Source: Halorhodospira sp.
Lineage (GTDB): Bacteria > Pseudomonadota > Gammaproteobacteria > Nitrococcales > Halorhodospiraceae
Assembly: GCA_046546255.1 (NCBI GenBank)
Contig: JBKGYE010000003.1
Coordinates: 2,773-66,772 of the forward strand
DNA: 64,000 nucleotides
Direction: 5' to 3'
Each line of letters opens with the position of its first letter. The first letter of the stretch is position 1. This document shows positions 9,207-22,763 of this stretch, one piece after another. The notes below the pieces were generated by a model that had not been told where the DNA came from, did not search any database, and saw only the letters and a program-made list of their open reading frames with translations. The translations under genes were made by a program, and so were the position numbers.

Positions 9207-9397
9207 AGGGCCTACTGCGGTCCAGAGCTATAGGCCTGATTCTACCAAATGGCGCCGCCGTGCTTCGCTCATAACCGCAAAGCAGCTTAGGGGATCGTTC
9301 ACTGAAAACCGGTTGCGGGCCCCTGCAAGTGGCCGGGACAGACCGCTATACTGCGCCGCTACTGCGCACGAAGCCGACGGCATCAACGGAGGCGAGC

Positions 9398-10307
<910 letters not shown>

Positions 10308-10315
<8 letters not shown>

Positions 10316-12401
10316 CCGGCAACCCCTGCTCATCGAGATTGGCACCGAAGAGCTGCCGCCGCAGGCCTTGCGGCGGCTCATGAATGCTTTCCGCGACGAT
10401 CTAGTTGGAGGACTCAGTGAGCACCGCCTGGATCCGGCGGGTGTGCAGGCCTTTGCCACTCCGCGACGCCTGGCGGTGCGTATCGACGGCCTTGAGACCC
10501 GCCAGGCCGACGAGCAGATCGAGCGCCTCGGCCCGAAGGTAGCGGCGGCCTACGACGCTGCAGGCCATCCGACCAAGGCCGCTGAGGGATTCGCACGCTC
10601 CTGCGGCGTAGGGGTGGAAGCCTTGGAAACCGTGAGCACCGACAAGGGCGAGCGCCTCGTCTGGCGCGGTATACAGCCCGGTGAGGCGGCTGAGGCGCTG
10701 ATCCCCCGGCTGGTAGAGGCCGTACTGGAGCGACTGCCGATCCCCAAGCGCATGCGCTGGGGGAAGGGCGAAGTCGAATTCGTCCGTCCCGTGCACTGGA
10801 CTGTCGCCCTGCTCGGCGAGGCGGTCATCCCCGGGACGATCCTGGGGATCACCACTGGCCGGGTCACCTACGGGCACCGTTTCCACGGGGCAGGACGCCG
10901 TGGGATCGAGATCGACAAGCCCGCTTCCTACGAGCGGCTACTGTACGAGGAGGGCTATGTTATCGCCGACTTCGAGGAGCGACGGCAGAGGATCGAGGCC
11001 GGCGTACAACGCGAGGCCGCAGCAGCCGGAGGCTGCCCGATCGGCGATGACGCCCTGCTCGACGAGGTCACGGCGTTGGTGGAATGGCCAGTGCCCCTGT
11101 CCGGGGATTTCGATGAGCGCTTCCTGACGATCCCAGAAGAAGCACTGATCTCGAGCATGCAGGGCCACCAGCGTTGCTTTCCGGTCCGCGGTGAAGACGG
11201 CGCTCTGCGACCGATCTTTATCACAGTCGCCAATATCGAAAGCCGTGAGCCTGAAGAGGTGCGCCGGGGCAACGAGCGGGTCATCCGCCCGCGCCTGGCG
11301 GATGCAGAATTCTTCTGGCAACAAGATCGACGTAGCCCGCTCTCGGCGCGTTTGGCCTCGTTGCGCGAGGTGGTTTTCCATCGACGCCTGGGGGATTTGC
11401 ACCCCCGCAGCGAGCGTATCAGCGAGCTCGCCGGTAGCATCGCCGGGGAGGTCGGTGCTGATGTAGCGGCCGCCCAGCGGGCTGGTTTGCTCGCCAAGTG
11501 TGACTTGGTCACAGAGATGGTCGATGAGTTCCCGGAGTTGCAGGGGGTCATGGGCGGACACTACGCCCGAGCCGACGGTGAGGGCGAGGCTGTAGCCCGG
11601 GCCATCGGCGAGCATTATCGTCCCGCCTTCGCCGGTGACAGGTTACCGAGCACCACCGAGGGACAGGCTGTGAGCATCGCCGACCGGGCCGATACGCTGG
11701 TCGGCATCTTCGCCGCCGACGGTCCGCCCTCGGCCGACAAGGATCCGTTCGGGCTACGCCGGGCGGCCATCGGTCTGCTGCGCTGCCTCATCGAAGGCGG
11801 GCACGACTTGGCGCTAGGGGCACTCTTCACGGAAGCGGCCGAACGCATCGAGGCTGGCTGCAATGAGGTGCACACCGCAGGCATACCGGAGCAAGTGCGC
11901 CAGTTCTGCCACGAACGCCTGCGTGGCTACTACCTGGAACAGGGTTATGCACCCGAGGTCTTTGAGGCTGTAGCAGCGGCGACACCCAGCACACCGCTGG
12001 ACTTCCATCGCCGGCTGAGCGCCTGTACCGCCTTCCGCGAGCGACCGGAGGCGCAAGCTCTGGGCGAGGCGAATAAGCGCATCGGCAACATCCTGCGCCG
12101 GGCCGAAACGGCCCCCGAGACCGGGCCTGAGGGCATTGAGGTGGCTGGGGAGCCAGCGGAGCAGGCCCTAGCCGAGGCACTGCGTACAGCCTGGGCCCAG
12201 GCGCAGCCACAGATCGCTACCGGGGCGTACGATGCGGCGCTGACCGCTTTGGCGGCGCTCCATGAGCCGGTCGACCGTTTCTTTGAAGAAGTCTTGGTGA
12301 TGGCTGAGGATCCGGCGACGCGGCAGCGTCGGCTAGCGCTGCTCGGTGCCGTGAAGCGAGCCTTCGAGGCCGTGGCGGACCTCTCCCATCTGCCGGGGTA
12401 A
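10308..12401 (+). CDS. glyS: Glycyl-tRNA synthetase beta subunit
   Basis: [51 protein letters not shown]. Start MADRQP overlaps glyQ. Confidence 0.96.
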
Positions 12402-12407
12402 TACGCG

Positions 12408-12962
12408 ATGAGGACGCCCTGGGTCATCCTGGATCGCGATGGGGTCATCAATCACGATTCGGACGCCTTTATACGCACCCCGGCGCAGTGGCAGCCGATC
12501 CAGGGGAGCCTGTGCGCTATCGCCGCTCTGACCCGAACCGGCTGGCGGGTCACGGTAGCGTCCAATCAATCCGGTATCGCCCGGGGACTGCTGGATACGC
12601 CGACCCTGGCGGCGATCCACGAACGGCTCTATGCAGCGGTAGCCGAGGCTGGCGGACGGATCGATGCCCTGGCTTACTGCCCCCACGGTCCGGAGGATGG
12701 CTGTGACTGCCGCAAGCCGCGTACCGGGCTCTATCGGCAGCTGGCCAGCGAGCTCGCAGCCACGCTGCCCGGGACGCCGGTGATCGGCGACTCGAGGCGA
12801 GATCTGGAGGCTGCGGTACGCGTCGGTGCTCGGCCGATGCTCGTGCGCACCGGCAAAGGGGAGCAAACCCTAGCTAGCGGGGAGCTACCACCGGGGACGG
12901 AGATCTATCCGGACCTCGCCGCCGCAGCAGCACAGTTGCTGGAAGAGGAGGAACCCACTTGA
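12408..12962 (+). CDS. gmhB: D-glycero-D-manno-heptose 1,7-bisphosphate phosphatase
   Basis: HAD motif LDRDGVIN, SNQSGIARG, CPH..CDCRKP, IGDS..DL; conserved glyS-gmhB-plsC order. Confidence 0.92.
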   Translation: MRTPWVILDRDGVINHDSDAFIRTPAQWQPIQGSLCAIAALTRTGWRVTVASNQSGIARGLLDTPTLAAIHERLYAAVAEAGGRIDALAYCPHGPEDGCDCRKPRTGLYRQLASELAATLPGTPVIGDSRRDLEAAVRVGARPMLVRTGKGEQTLASGELPPGTEIYPDLAAAAAQLLEEEEPT

Positions 12963-13705
12963 GCCGGCAAGGCACACCGCGGGAATGGCTCGGCAGCATC
13001 ACGCATCTGGCCCTGATGGGGATCACAGCACCGATCTGGGCACTCATCGGCCTGTTGACCTATCCCCTGGGGTACACGGCCCGCTATCGCTGGCACGCGG
13101 CCTGGGGGCGACTGATCATCGAGTCGCTTCGCCCCCTCTGTGGGTTGGGGTATCGCGTGCATGGGCTGGAGCATCGCCCCCGACAACCTTGCGTCGTGAT
13201 GGCCAAGCACCAATCGGCCTGGGAGACGCTAGGACTGCTGAAGTGGTTCGCCCCCCAGACTTGGGTCCTCAAGGAGTCCTTGCTGCGCATCCCCTTCTTC
13301 GGCTGGGGACTACGTCTGCTCGAGCCTATCGCGATCGACCGTCAAGCACGCGGCACGGCCCGGCAGCAGGTCCTGGCGCAGGGTACGGATCGACTTCAGC
13401 GTGGGCGCTGGGTCGTGGTCTTCCCTGAAGGGACTCGGGTACCACCAGGGCAAAAAGGGCGCTATCGCCAAGGCGGCGCCGAGCTGGCGATCCAAGCAGG
13501 GGTCCCGGTCCTGCCAGTGGCGCATAACGCCGGCAGTTTTTGGCCCCGTAACAGCATCCTGCGTCGCAGTGGCGAGATCCAGGTAGAGATCGGTCCACCG
13601 ATTCCCACCACTGGGCGCACCCCGGAGGCCGTCATCGCGGATGTCGAGGCCTGGATTGAGGGGCGGATGGCCGTGCTGGAGCGTCGCCGCAACAGCAACG
13701 GCTGA
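12959..13705 (+). CDS. plsC: 1-acyl-sn-glycerol-3-phosphate acyltransferase
   Basis: KHQSAWET (HX4D/E), VLKESLLRIPFFGW, VFPEGTR. Confidence 0.9.
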   Translation: MSRQGTPREWLGSITHLALMGITAPIWALIGLLTYPLGYTARYRWHAAWGRLIIESLRPLCGLGYRVHGLEHRPRQPCVVMAKHQSAWETLGLLKWFAPQTWVLKESLLRIPFFGWGLRLLEPIAIDRQARGTARQQVLAQGTDRLQRGRWVVVFPEGTRVPPGQKGRYRQGGAELAIQAGVPVLPVAHNAGSFWPRNSILRRSGEIQVEIGPPIPTTGRTPEAVIADVEAWIEGRMAVLERRRNSNG

Positions 13706-13831
13706 GAGCCGCCCCTCACCGCTTCCCACGACTTGAGCCAACCTTGCCGCAGCCCGTCCCCGGCCGGTCGTGGGGGGGGTGTCACGCCTCTTGGCAGGAG
13801 TGACGCCCGATGGCCTCCTCTCCCCGGTGAG

Positions 13832-16312
<2,481 letters not shown>

Positions 16313-16320
<8 letters not shown>

Positions 16321-17362
16321 TCGTGGCAAGGGTCCCTTGGTGAAGGGTGTACCAGTTGCCTGTGGGCAAGCAGGCGGGCAGGCCCTCGGCGTCGATGGCA
16401 CTGAGAAAGACTTGCCCCGGACCTGTGCTTACCGTCTCGAGGACGGTCTGCAGGTGCTGTGGATCCAGCTCCGCAGGCAGGTCATCGATGAGCAGCACTG
16501 GAGCCAGACCGCGCTCAGCCCAGAGCCTGATCTCAGCGATGAGCAAGGCGACGACCAACAGCTTCTGCTGCCCACGGGAGAGGGCATCAGCCGCCGGCAA
16601 GCGCCCGTGGCTGAACACCAGATCCGCCCGATGCGGCCCACGCCCTGTAAACCCTTGTGCCCAGTCACGGGCTTGCTGCTCGGCGAAGAGCTCGGCCCAG
16701 GATCCTTCCTTCGGTGCACCCCGTTGATAGCGCAGTTGCAAGCCCTCCAAGCCCAACCAGTGGTGGACCAGCGTTTCCCAGGCTGGCTGCAGGGCCTTGA
16801 CGAAACGTGCTCTCGCTGTATCGAGGGCCTCTGCGTACTCGATGAGCACCGGGGTCCAAGCCTTCTCGGTGCGCTGATCGCCACTGCGCAAGGCGGCATT
16901 GCGCTGGCGTAGCGCCTGGTGATAGCGCAAGGCCAGGTTGCGATAGCCGGGTTCCACGTGGAACGTACCCCAATCGAGGAATTGCCGACGTACGCGAGGC
17001 CCGTCAAGGATCAGGCGCTGATGCTCAGTGTTAATCACCTGCACAGGGAGGCGCTCAGCCAGGCTGGAACGGCCAGGGGCCTCAGCACCGTTGAGCCGCA
17101 GGCGCGTCTGGCCGCTGCTGTAGCCGACGCCGATACGGTCACCGCCGCGCCTTCCTGTCACCCGGACCTCGCTTGCCCCCCAGCGAATCAGCCGCTCCGG
17201 TCGCCGTGTGCGGAAGGAGCGTACTCGGGCGAGGAAGAAGATAGCCTCAAGCAGACTTGTCTTTCCGGCACCATTGGGCCCGATCACCACGTTTATCCGC
17301 GGGTGCGGGTGCACGCAGGCATCAGCAAGGTTGCGAAAGCCATGGACTGTCAGCTCTTCCAT
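16313..17362 (-). CDS. recF: DNA replication/repair protein RecF
   Basis: FRNL, GPNGAGKTSLLEAI, RSFR, GPHRADL, LSRGQQKL, LLIDDLPAELD. Confidence 0.96.
16950..16965. other. parS site inside recF
   Basis: GGTTCCACGTGGAACG, with the same 14-bp palindromic core as the three sites at 24133-24277. Confidence 0.78.
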
Positions 17363-17366
17363 GCCA

Positions 17367-18467
17367 CTACAAGCGCATGGGCATGATCACGTAGCGTGCA
17401 TGCTCCACCCCTTCGCCGCGTAGCAGCCCAGAGCTGTTAGCATCCGTCAGCGTAACCTGGACCCGCTCGGTGTCCATAGCACCAAGGGCATCGAGGAGAT
17501 AATTGGCGTTAAAGCCCAGCTCGACGGCCTCGCCACCGTACTCGATCTCCAGCTCTTCCTCGGCCTCTTCCTGCTCCGGGTTATGGGAGCCGATCCGTAA
17601 GGTCTCGCCCTCCGCGGCAAAACGTACGCCCCGATACTTCTCGTTGGAGAGGATGACCACCCGGCTCAAGGCTTGGCGCAGGGCCTGACGATCGACGAGG
17701 AGGTGCTTATCCCCGTCCTGAGGGATGACACGGTTGTAATCAGGGAAAACCCCATCAATCAGCTTGGAGGTAAAACGCACCGTATTCAGGGTGACACGGA
17801 TGTGGTTCTCTCCAAGCTCTAGCCGTGCCGGTTCATCAGCGTCATCGAGCAGCCGCATGAGCTCTTGGACCCCTTTTCGCGGGACAATGACCTGGCGAGG
17901 CTGGGCAACGGTGATCGGGGTCTCGCCTTCGGCGAGGGCAAGGCGGTGGCCATCGGTGGCCACAGTACGGGCACCACGGCCGGTCAACTCGAGCAGCAGG
18001 CCGTTGAGGTAATAGCGAACATCGTGTTGCGCCATGGAGAAATGGGTGCACTCAATCAGTCGTCGCAGCTCTCCTCGAGGGAGCTCGACAGCCTCTGTCG
18101 CGCCGATCGATTCTATCTCCGGGAATTCTTCCACCGGCAACGTTGCAAGAGAGAAGCGGCTGTTACCGGCTCGCAGGTTTGCACGGCCCTGCTCAAAGCT
18201 GATCTGGAGCTGAGCCCATTCAGGGAGATTACGGCAAATATCGAGCCACTTGCGTGCAGGCAGGGTGATCGCCCCGTCGCTGGTCGTCTCGACATCGATA
18301 TGGGCGACGAGCTCGACTTCCAGGTCGGTTGAGGTCAAGCGTAGTTGTCCCGTTTCTGCCTCGACACGGATGTTGCCGAGCACGGGTAGGGTTTGTCGAC
18401 GCTCAACGACCCCGACGATTGCCTGCAGGGCAGTGAGCAGAGGTTCGCGTTGGACTTCGAAGCGCAT
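17367..18467 (-). CDS. dnaN: DNA polymerase III beta clamp
   Basis: VERRQTLPVLGN, TDLEVE, SMAQHDVRYYLNG, ATDGHRLA, SKLIDGVFPDY, C-terminal YVIMPMRL. Confidence 0.98.
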   Translation of the reverse strand: MRFEVQREPLLTALQAIVGVVERRQTLPVLGNIRVEAETGQLRLTSTDLEVELVAHIDVETTSDGAITLPARKWLDICRNLPEWAQLQISFEQGRANLRAGNSRFSLATLPVEEFPEIESIGATEAVELPRGELRRLIECTHFSMAQHDVRYYLNGLLLELTGRGARTVATDGHRLALAEGETPITVAQPRQVIVPRKGVQELMRLLDDADEPARLELGENHIRVTLNTVRFTSKLIDGVFPDYNRVIPQDGDKHLLVDRQALRQALSRVVILSNEKYRGVRFAAEGETLRIGSHNPEQEEAEEELEIEYGGEAVELGFNANYLLDALGAMDTERVQVTLTDANSSGLLRGEGVEHARYVIMPMRL

Positions 18468-18731
18468 AAGTCATCCTCGGTTGGCTACAGCAACAACTAG
18501 CACTATATTTAAAGATTGTTGTTGTTATTGGGGCCGGGGGTGTTCTGTGGAAAAGTCTTTAACTCGTTGTATTTAGAGGCGTTATTCTGTGTGTGTCTTG
18601 TGGATAAACTTGTGCAGCAGCTGTGGGAAAGCTGTGGATGGACTGTGCAAAACTTACGCAGGCTGAGTACTCCACAGCTTTCCCACAGGGTATCCACAAG
18701 GTTCTCCACAGGGTTTTCCACAGGCCGGCAG
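18468..18731. other. Chromosomal replication origin oriC (dnaA-dnaN intergenic)
   Basis: AT-rich patch at 18502-18529; at least 11 DnaA-box-like 9-mers including a perfect TGTGGATAA (18599-18607); IHF-like site at 18560-18572. Confidence 0.88.
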
Positions 18732-20078
18732 TCATGTGCTCAGGGTCCTCAGCAGGTTGTCGTAATCCTCGGCGAGCCTTGTGTCTTTCTCGATGAGTTC
18801 CTTGATGTTGCGGCAAGCATGAAGAACGGTAGTGTGATCACGGCCACCGAAAGCATCCCCGATCTCAGGCAAGGAGTGAGAGGTCAGTTCCTTGGCTAGG
18901 ACCATAGCCATGTGCCGCGGCCGTGTAACGACCCGGCTGCGCCGCTTCGAGAGCAAGTCACCGACCCGGATCTTGTAATAGGCCGCCACCGTCTTCTGGA
19001 TATTGTCGATGGAGACGAGCTTGTCCTGGAGAGCGAGCAGGTCGCTCAAGGCCTCCTTGGCGAAGTCGACGTCGATGGCCCGGCCCGTGAATTGGGCGTT
19101 GGCTGTGATCCGTCGTAGTGCTCCTTCCAGCTCACGGACATTGGAGTGCACTCGCTTGGCGACGAAGAAAGCCACCTCGTCAGGCAGCTCGATGCCTTCA
19201 CGGATCGCTTTGCTCTTAAGGATAGCGACTCGGGTCTCAAGCTCAGGAGGCTCCACGGCTACCGTCAGTCCCCACCCAAAGCGCGACTTGAGTCTTTCCT
19301 CTAGGCCGCTGAGTTCCTTCGGGTAACGGTCGCAGGTCAGGATCATCTGTTGATCCCCTTCCAGTAGCGCGTTGAAAGTGTGGAAGAACTCCTCCTGCGA
19401 GCGCTCCTTGCCAGCGAGGAACTGGATGTCGTCGATGAGCAAGGCATCGAGGTTCCGGTAATGGCGCTTGAACTCGTTGATGGCGTTGTGCTGCAGCGCC
19501 TTGACCATCTCGGCGACGAAGCGCTCGGAGTGCAGGTAGAGGACGCGATTATCCGGGCGCTGGGTGAGGATGGCATTGCCCACGGCATGCATCAGGTGGG
19601 TCTTGCCTAGGCCCACCCCGCCGTAGAGGAACAGGGGATTGTAAGCTTGCCCCGGGTTGTCGGCTACCTGCATGCTCGCCGCTCGTGCGAGCTGGTTCGA
19701 CTTGCCCTCGACGAAGGCATCGAAGGTGAAGCTTGGGTTGAGGTTCGACTCGATCGGACGGGGTCGTGGCTCAGCAGCGCGCGTATCGGCAGTACTGTTG
19801 CCACGATGGGACGGCGCCTCAGCGGCCTGGGCCTGGGGCGAGCCGATCTCCAGCTCAAGGCGCAGCGCCTCTTCCGGCCGGTATTCGGTGAGCAGCTCAC
19901 CGATGCGTACGGAGAAGTTGTCGCGCACCCAGTCGAGGACGAAGCGGTTGGGGGCATAGAGGCGAAGCACCTCCCCTTCGAACTCGGCCTGGAGAGGGCG
20001 AATCCAGGTGTTGAGCTGCTGCTCAGGAATCTCGCGCTCGAGTTGCTGTAGGCATGCGCTCCAGAGCGAGTCGTCCAT
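18732..20078 (-). CDS. dnaA: Chromosomal replication initiator DnaA
   Basis: [54 protein letters not shown]. Start MDDSLW at 20078. Confidence 0.98.
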   Translation of the reverse strand: MDDSLWSACLQQLEREIPEQQLNTWIRPLQAEFEGEVLRLYAPNRFVLDWVRDNFSVRIGELLTEYRPEEALRLELEIGSPQAQAAEAPSHRGNSTADTRAAEPRPRPIESNLNPSFTFDAFVEGKSNQLARAASMQVADNPGQAYNPLFLYGGVGLGKTHLMHAVGNAILTQRPDNRVLYLHSERFVAEMVKALQHNAINEFKRHYRNLDALLIDDIQFLAGKERSQEEFFHTFNALLEGDQQMILTCDRYPKELSGLEERLKSRFGWGLTVAVEPPELETRVAILKSKAIREGIELPDEVAFFVAKRVHSNVRELEGALRRITANAQFTGRAIDVDFAKEALSDLLALQDKLVSIDNIQKTVAAYYKIRVGDLLSKRRSRVVTRPRHMAMVLAKELTSHSLPEIGDAFGGRDHTTVLHACRNIKELIEKDTRLAEDYDNLLRTLST

Positions 20079-20160
20079 AGGCCCGGGTACCTCGCTTGTC
20101 GGGTTGATTGGGGAGGTCGGAGAGCTGGGAACCAAGCAGTGTAAACGGGGGGTTAGTCAG

Positions 20161-20169
20161 TTATCCACA
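20161..20169 (+). promoter_or_regulatory. Perfect DnaA box upstream of dnaA (autoregulation)
   Basis: TTATCCACA; overlaps the -35 position of a minus-strand TACACT -10 at 20138-20143. Confidence 0.8.
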
Positions 20170-20204
20170 GGTCGTCGCAGGCCGCTCAGTACCCCGGTGA
20201 GCAA

Positions 20205-20233
20205 TTGACAGCCACTTGATGGCCAAGTAGATT
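20205..20233 (+). promoter_or_regulatory. sigma70 promoter for the rpmH operon
   Basis: TTGACA-N17-TAGATT. Confidence 0.75.
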
Positions 20234-20292
20234 CGCCGCTCACTGGCCGAAAGACGGCCTCACGATCCCTTGCTATCGACGAGTCGAGAGCC

Positions 20293-20433
20293 ATGAAACG
20301 CACCTATCAACCGAGCAACATCAAGCGCAAGCGTACCCATGGGTTTCGCGCCCGGATGGCGACGCGAGGCGGGCGCCTCGTACTCAAGCGCCGTCGCGCC
20401 AAGGGCCGCAAGCGGCTCGTCCCGACGGCCTGA
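20293..20433 (+). CDS. rpmH: 50S ribosomal protein L34
   Basis: Absent from ORF track (46 aa). Manual translation [46 protein letters not shown]. Confidence 0.98.
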   Translation: MKRTYQPSNIKRKRTHGFRARMATRGGRLVLKRRRAKGRKRLVPTA

Positions 20434-20449
20434 GGGGCATCGCGCTACA

Positions 20450-20827
20450 TTGGCGGCGGGAGCGGCGTTCCCCCGGACGGTACGGCTGCTCAAGCGAGAT
20501 GAGTTCGAGGGGGCCCTGCGCGCGCCGGACTGGCGGTCAGCAAACCGCTATTTCCGTATCAGTGCCCGGCACAATGAAGCCGGGCACGCGCGTCTCGGGC
20601 TCGCGGTTCCTAAACGCAGGGTGCGGCGGGCAACGGGGCGTAACCGGCTTAAACGGATCATCCGCGAGAGCTTTCGGGTACGGCAACGGGAGCTGCCAGC
20701 TTGGGATTTCGTCGTCGGTATCCGTAGTGCTGCTGGTGAAGCGGACAATGCGACCCTGTTCCTAGCGCTCGACGAGCTCTGGCAGCGTGCACGAGGATGG
20801 CCATGCGATGGCTCTTGGTCGGGGTGA
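20450..20827 (+). CDS. rnpA: Ribonuclease P protein component
   Basis: [43 protein letters not shown] (RNR motif); TTG start inferred. Confidence 0.93.
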   Translation: MAAGAAFPRTVRLLKRDEFEGALRAPDWRSANRYFRISARHNEAGHARLGLAVPKRRVRRATGRNRLKRIIRESFRVRQRELPAWDFVVGIRSAAGEADNATLFLALDELWQRARGWPCDGSWSG

Positions 20828-21036
20828 TCCGAATCTATCAGTACGTCATAAGTCCCGTGGTGGGGCCACGCTGCCGCTTCCTGCCGAGCTGCTCCGAGTA
20901 CGCTGCCGAAGCGATCGCTCGCTACGGGCTCTGGCGAGGCGGATGGCTGGCAGCAAGAAGAGTGAGCAAGTGTCATCCGTGGCATCCGGGCGGGCTTGAT
21001 CCCGTGCCGGAGCGTACCGATCGTTCACGAGAGTAG
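20803..21036 (+). CDS. yidD: Membrane protein insertion efficiency factor YidD
   Basis: [32 protein letters not shown]. Confidence 0.94.
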   Translation: MRWLLVGVIRIYQYVISPVVGPRCRFLPSCSEYAAEAIARYGLWRGGWLAARRVSKCHPWHPGGLDPVPERTDRSRE

Positions 21037-21042
21037 ATCCCC

Positions 21043-22755
21043 ATGGAGAATCAACGTGCCATCCTCCTGATCGCCCTGGCCGGGATCAGCCTTTTGTTGT
21101 ACTTCGCCTGGGAGCGGGAGCAGGTCGATCCGGCTGAGGACCGTTCCGTGGAAGAGCAGGCACAGCAGTCGGCATTGGAGGCCTCGGAGGAGGAGGAGGT
21201 CTCGGAGGAGGAAGCCTCGGAGGACGAGGCAGAGCCGGATGCTCCTTCACGGGCCGAGGGACCGGAAGAGGCGGATGACCAGATGGCCGAGGGGCGTGTC
21301 GATCCCGAGTCGGAAGATGCCCCGCGCGTTACAGTGCGTACGGACCTGATCGAGGCGGAAATCAGTGCTCAGGGCGGCGATATTCGGCAGCTGGATCTGC
21401 TCGAGCACCAGCGCGATTCTGACGACTCGAGTCCGTTCCGGCTGCTGCAGGATGAAGGCGAGCCGCTGTTCGTGGCTCAGGCAGGGCTCGGCGGAGACGG
21501 TCCCGTGCCGGATCGGGATGAGCGTTTCCAGGTTGACGCCGAGAGCTACGAGCTAGGCGAGGACGAGGATGAACTCGAGGTACCGCTGACCTGGGAGCAG
21601 GATGGGGTGGAGGTCCGCAAGATCTACACCTTCCACCGTGACAGCTACCTCATCGATGTCCGCCACGAGGTTCGCAATGAGGCGGAAGAGGATTGGAGCG
21701 GCTTTCAGTACGTGCAGCTACGCCGGCGTCCGAATCCGCCGGGCATGACGGCTTGGTACATCCGCAGCTTCACCGGTGGCTCGTACTACACGCAGGAGGA
21801 TCACTTCAGCCGCCTTCCCTTCGATGAGATGGAAGAGTCGAACCTCTCGGAGGATGTTCGGGACGGTTGGGCGGCCATGCTGCAGCATTATTTCCTTGCC
21901 GCTGTCATCCCGCCGCGAGAGGAGACGTATCGCTATTATACCCGGGCACTGCCGCAGGATACCTATCTGCTAGGGATGTCCTCTCCCTGGCTGGAAGTCG
22001 AGCCGGGGGAGCAGGGGGAGCGGGTCAATCGCCTCTATGCTGGGCCGAAGGAGCAAGAGCGGCTCACTGCTATAGGCGAGGCGCTCGACGTAGACGGGAT
22101 GCGGCTGACGGTAGACTACGGCTTCCTCACCGTGCTGGCCAATCCGCTGTTCTGGGCGCTTGACCAGATTCAGAACCTGGTCAAGAACTGGGGTGTGGCC
22201 ATCCTGATCCTGACGCTGCTGATCAAGCTTGCCTTCTACAAGCTCTCAGCGATCAGTTATCGCTCCATGGCGAAGATGCGTCGGGTGCAGCCCAAGATGC
22301 AGCAGATTCGGGAGCGCCACGCCGATGACCGGCAGAAGATGAACCAGGAGCTGATGGAGCTCTACAAACGGGAGCGGATCAACCCGCTCGGTGGCTGTCT
22401 GCCGATCTTGGTGCAGATCCCGGTGTTCATCTCGCTGTATTGGGTGATCATCGAGAGTGTAGAGCTGCGGCATGCGCCGTTCATGCTCTGGATTCAGGAC
22501 CTGTCCAGCCGGGATCCTTACTTCATCCTGCCGCTGCTGATGGGTGCGACCATGCTCCTGCAGATGCGGTTGAATCCGCCGCCGATGGATCCGATCCAGA
22601 AGCGGGTGATGCAGTTCCTGCCCTTTGTCTTCACCGGGTTCTTCATGCTCTTCCCGGCGGGGCTGGTCCTCTATTGGCTGTCCAACAACATCCTGTCGAT
22701 CGCGCAGCAATGGTACATCATGCGTCAGGAGGAGCAGGGGGCGGGCAGCGCGTAA
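21043..22755 (+). CDS. yidC: Membrane protein insertase YidC
   Basis: N-terminal TM helix, periplasmic domain, [43 protein letters not shown]. Confidence 0.97.
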   Translation: MENQRAILLIALAGISLLLYFAWEREQVDPAEDRSVEEQAQQSALEASEEEEVSEEEASEDEAEPDAPSRAEGPEEADDQMAEGRVDPESEDAPRVTVRTDLIEAEISAQGGDIRQLDLLEHQRDSDDSSPFRLLQDEGEPLFVAQAGLGGDGPVPDRDERFQVDAESYELGEDEDELEVPLTWEQDGVEVRKIYTFHRDSYLIDVRHEVRNEAEEDWSGFQYVQLRRRPNPPGMTAWYIRSFTGGSYYTQEDHFSRLPFDEMEESNLSEDVRDGWAAMLQHYFLAAVIPPREETYRYYTRALPQDTYLLGMSSPWLEVEPGEQGERVNRLYAGPKEQERLTAIGEALDVDGMRLTVDYGFLTVLANPLFWALDQIQNLVKNWGVAILILTLLIKLAFYKLSAISYRSMAKMRRVQPKMQQIRERHADDRQKMNQELMELYKRERINPLGGCLPILVQIPVFISLYWVIIESVELRHAPFMLWIQDLSSRDPYFILPLLMGATMLLQMRLNPPPMDPIQKRVMQFLPFVFTGFFMLFPAGLVLYWLSNNILSIAQQWYIMRQEEQGAGSA

Positions 22756-22763
22756 ACGGGCCC

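Noticed and set aside
13706-13831. G8 run and imperfect hairpin between convergent plsC and gyrB
   Set aside because: Non-coding, no U-tract, and not within a promoter or ORF; neither phase variation nor an intrinsic terminator can be supported.
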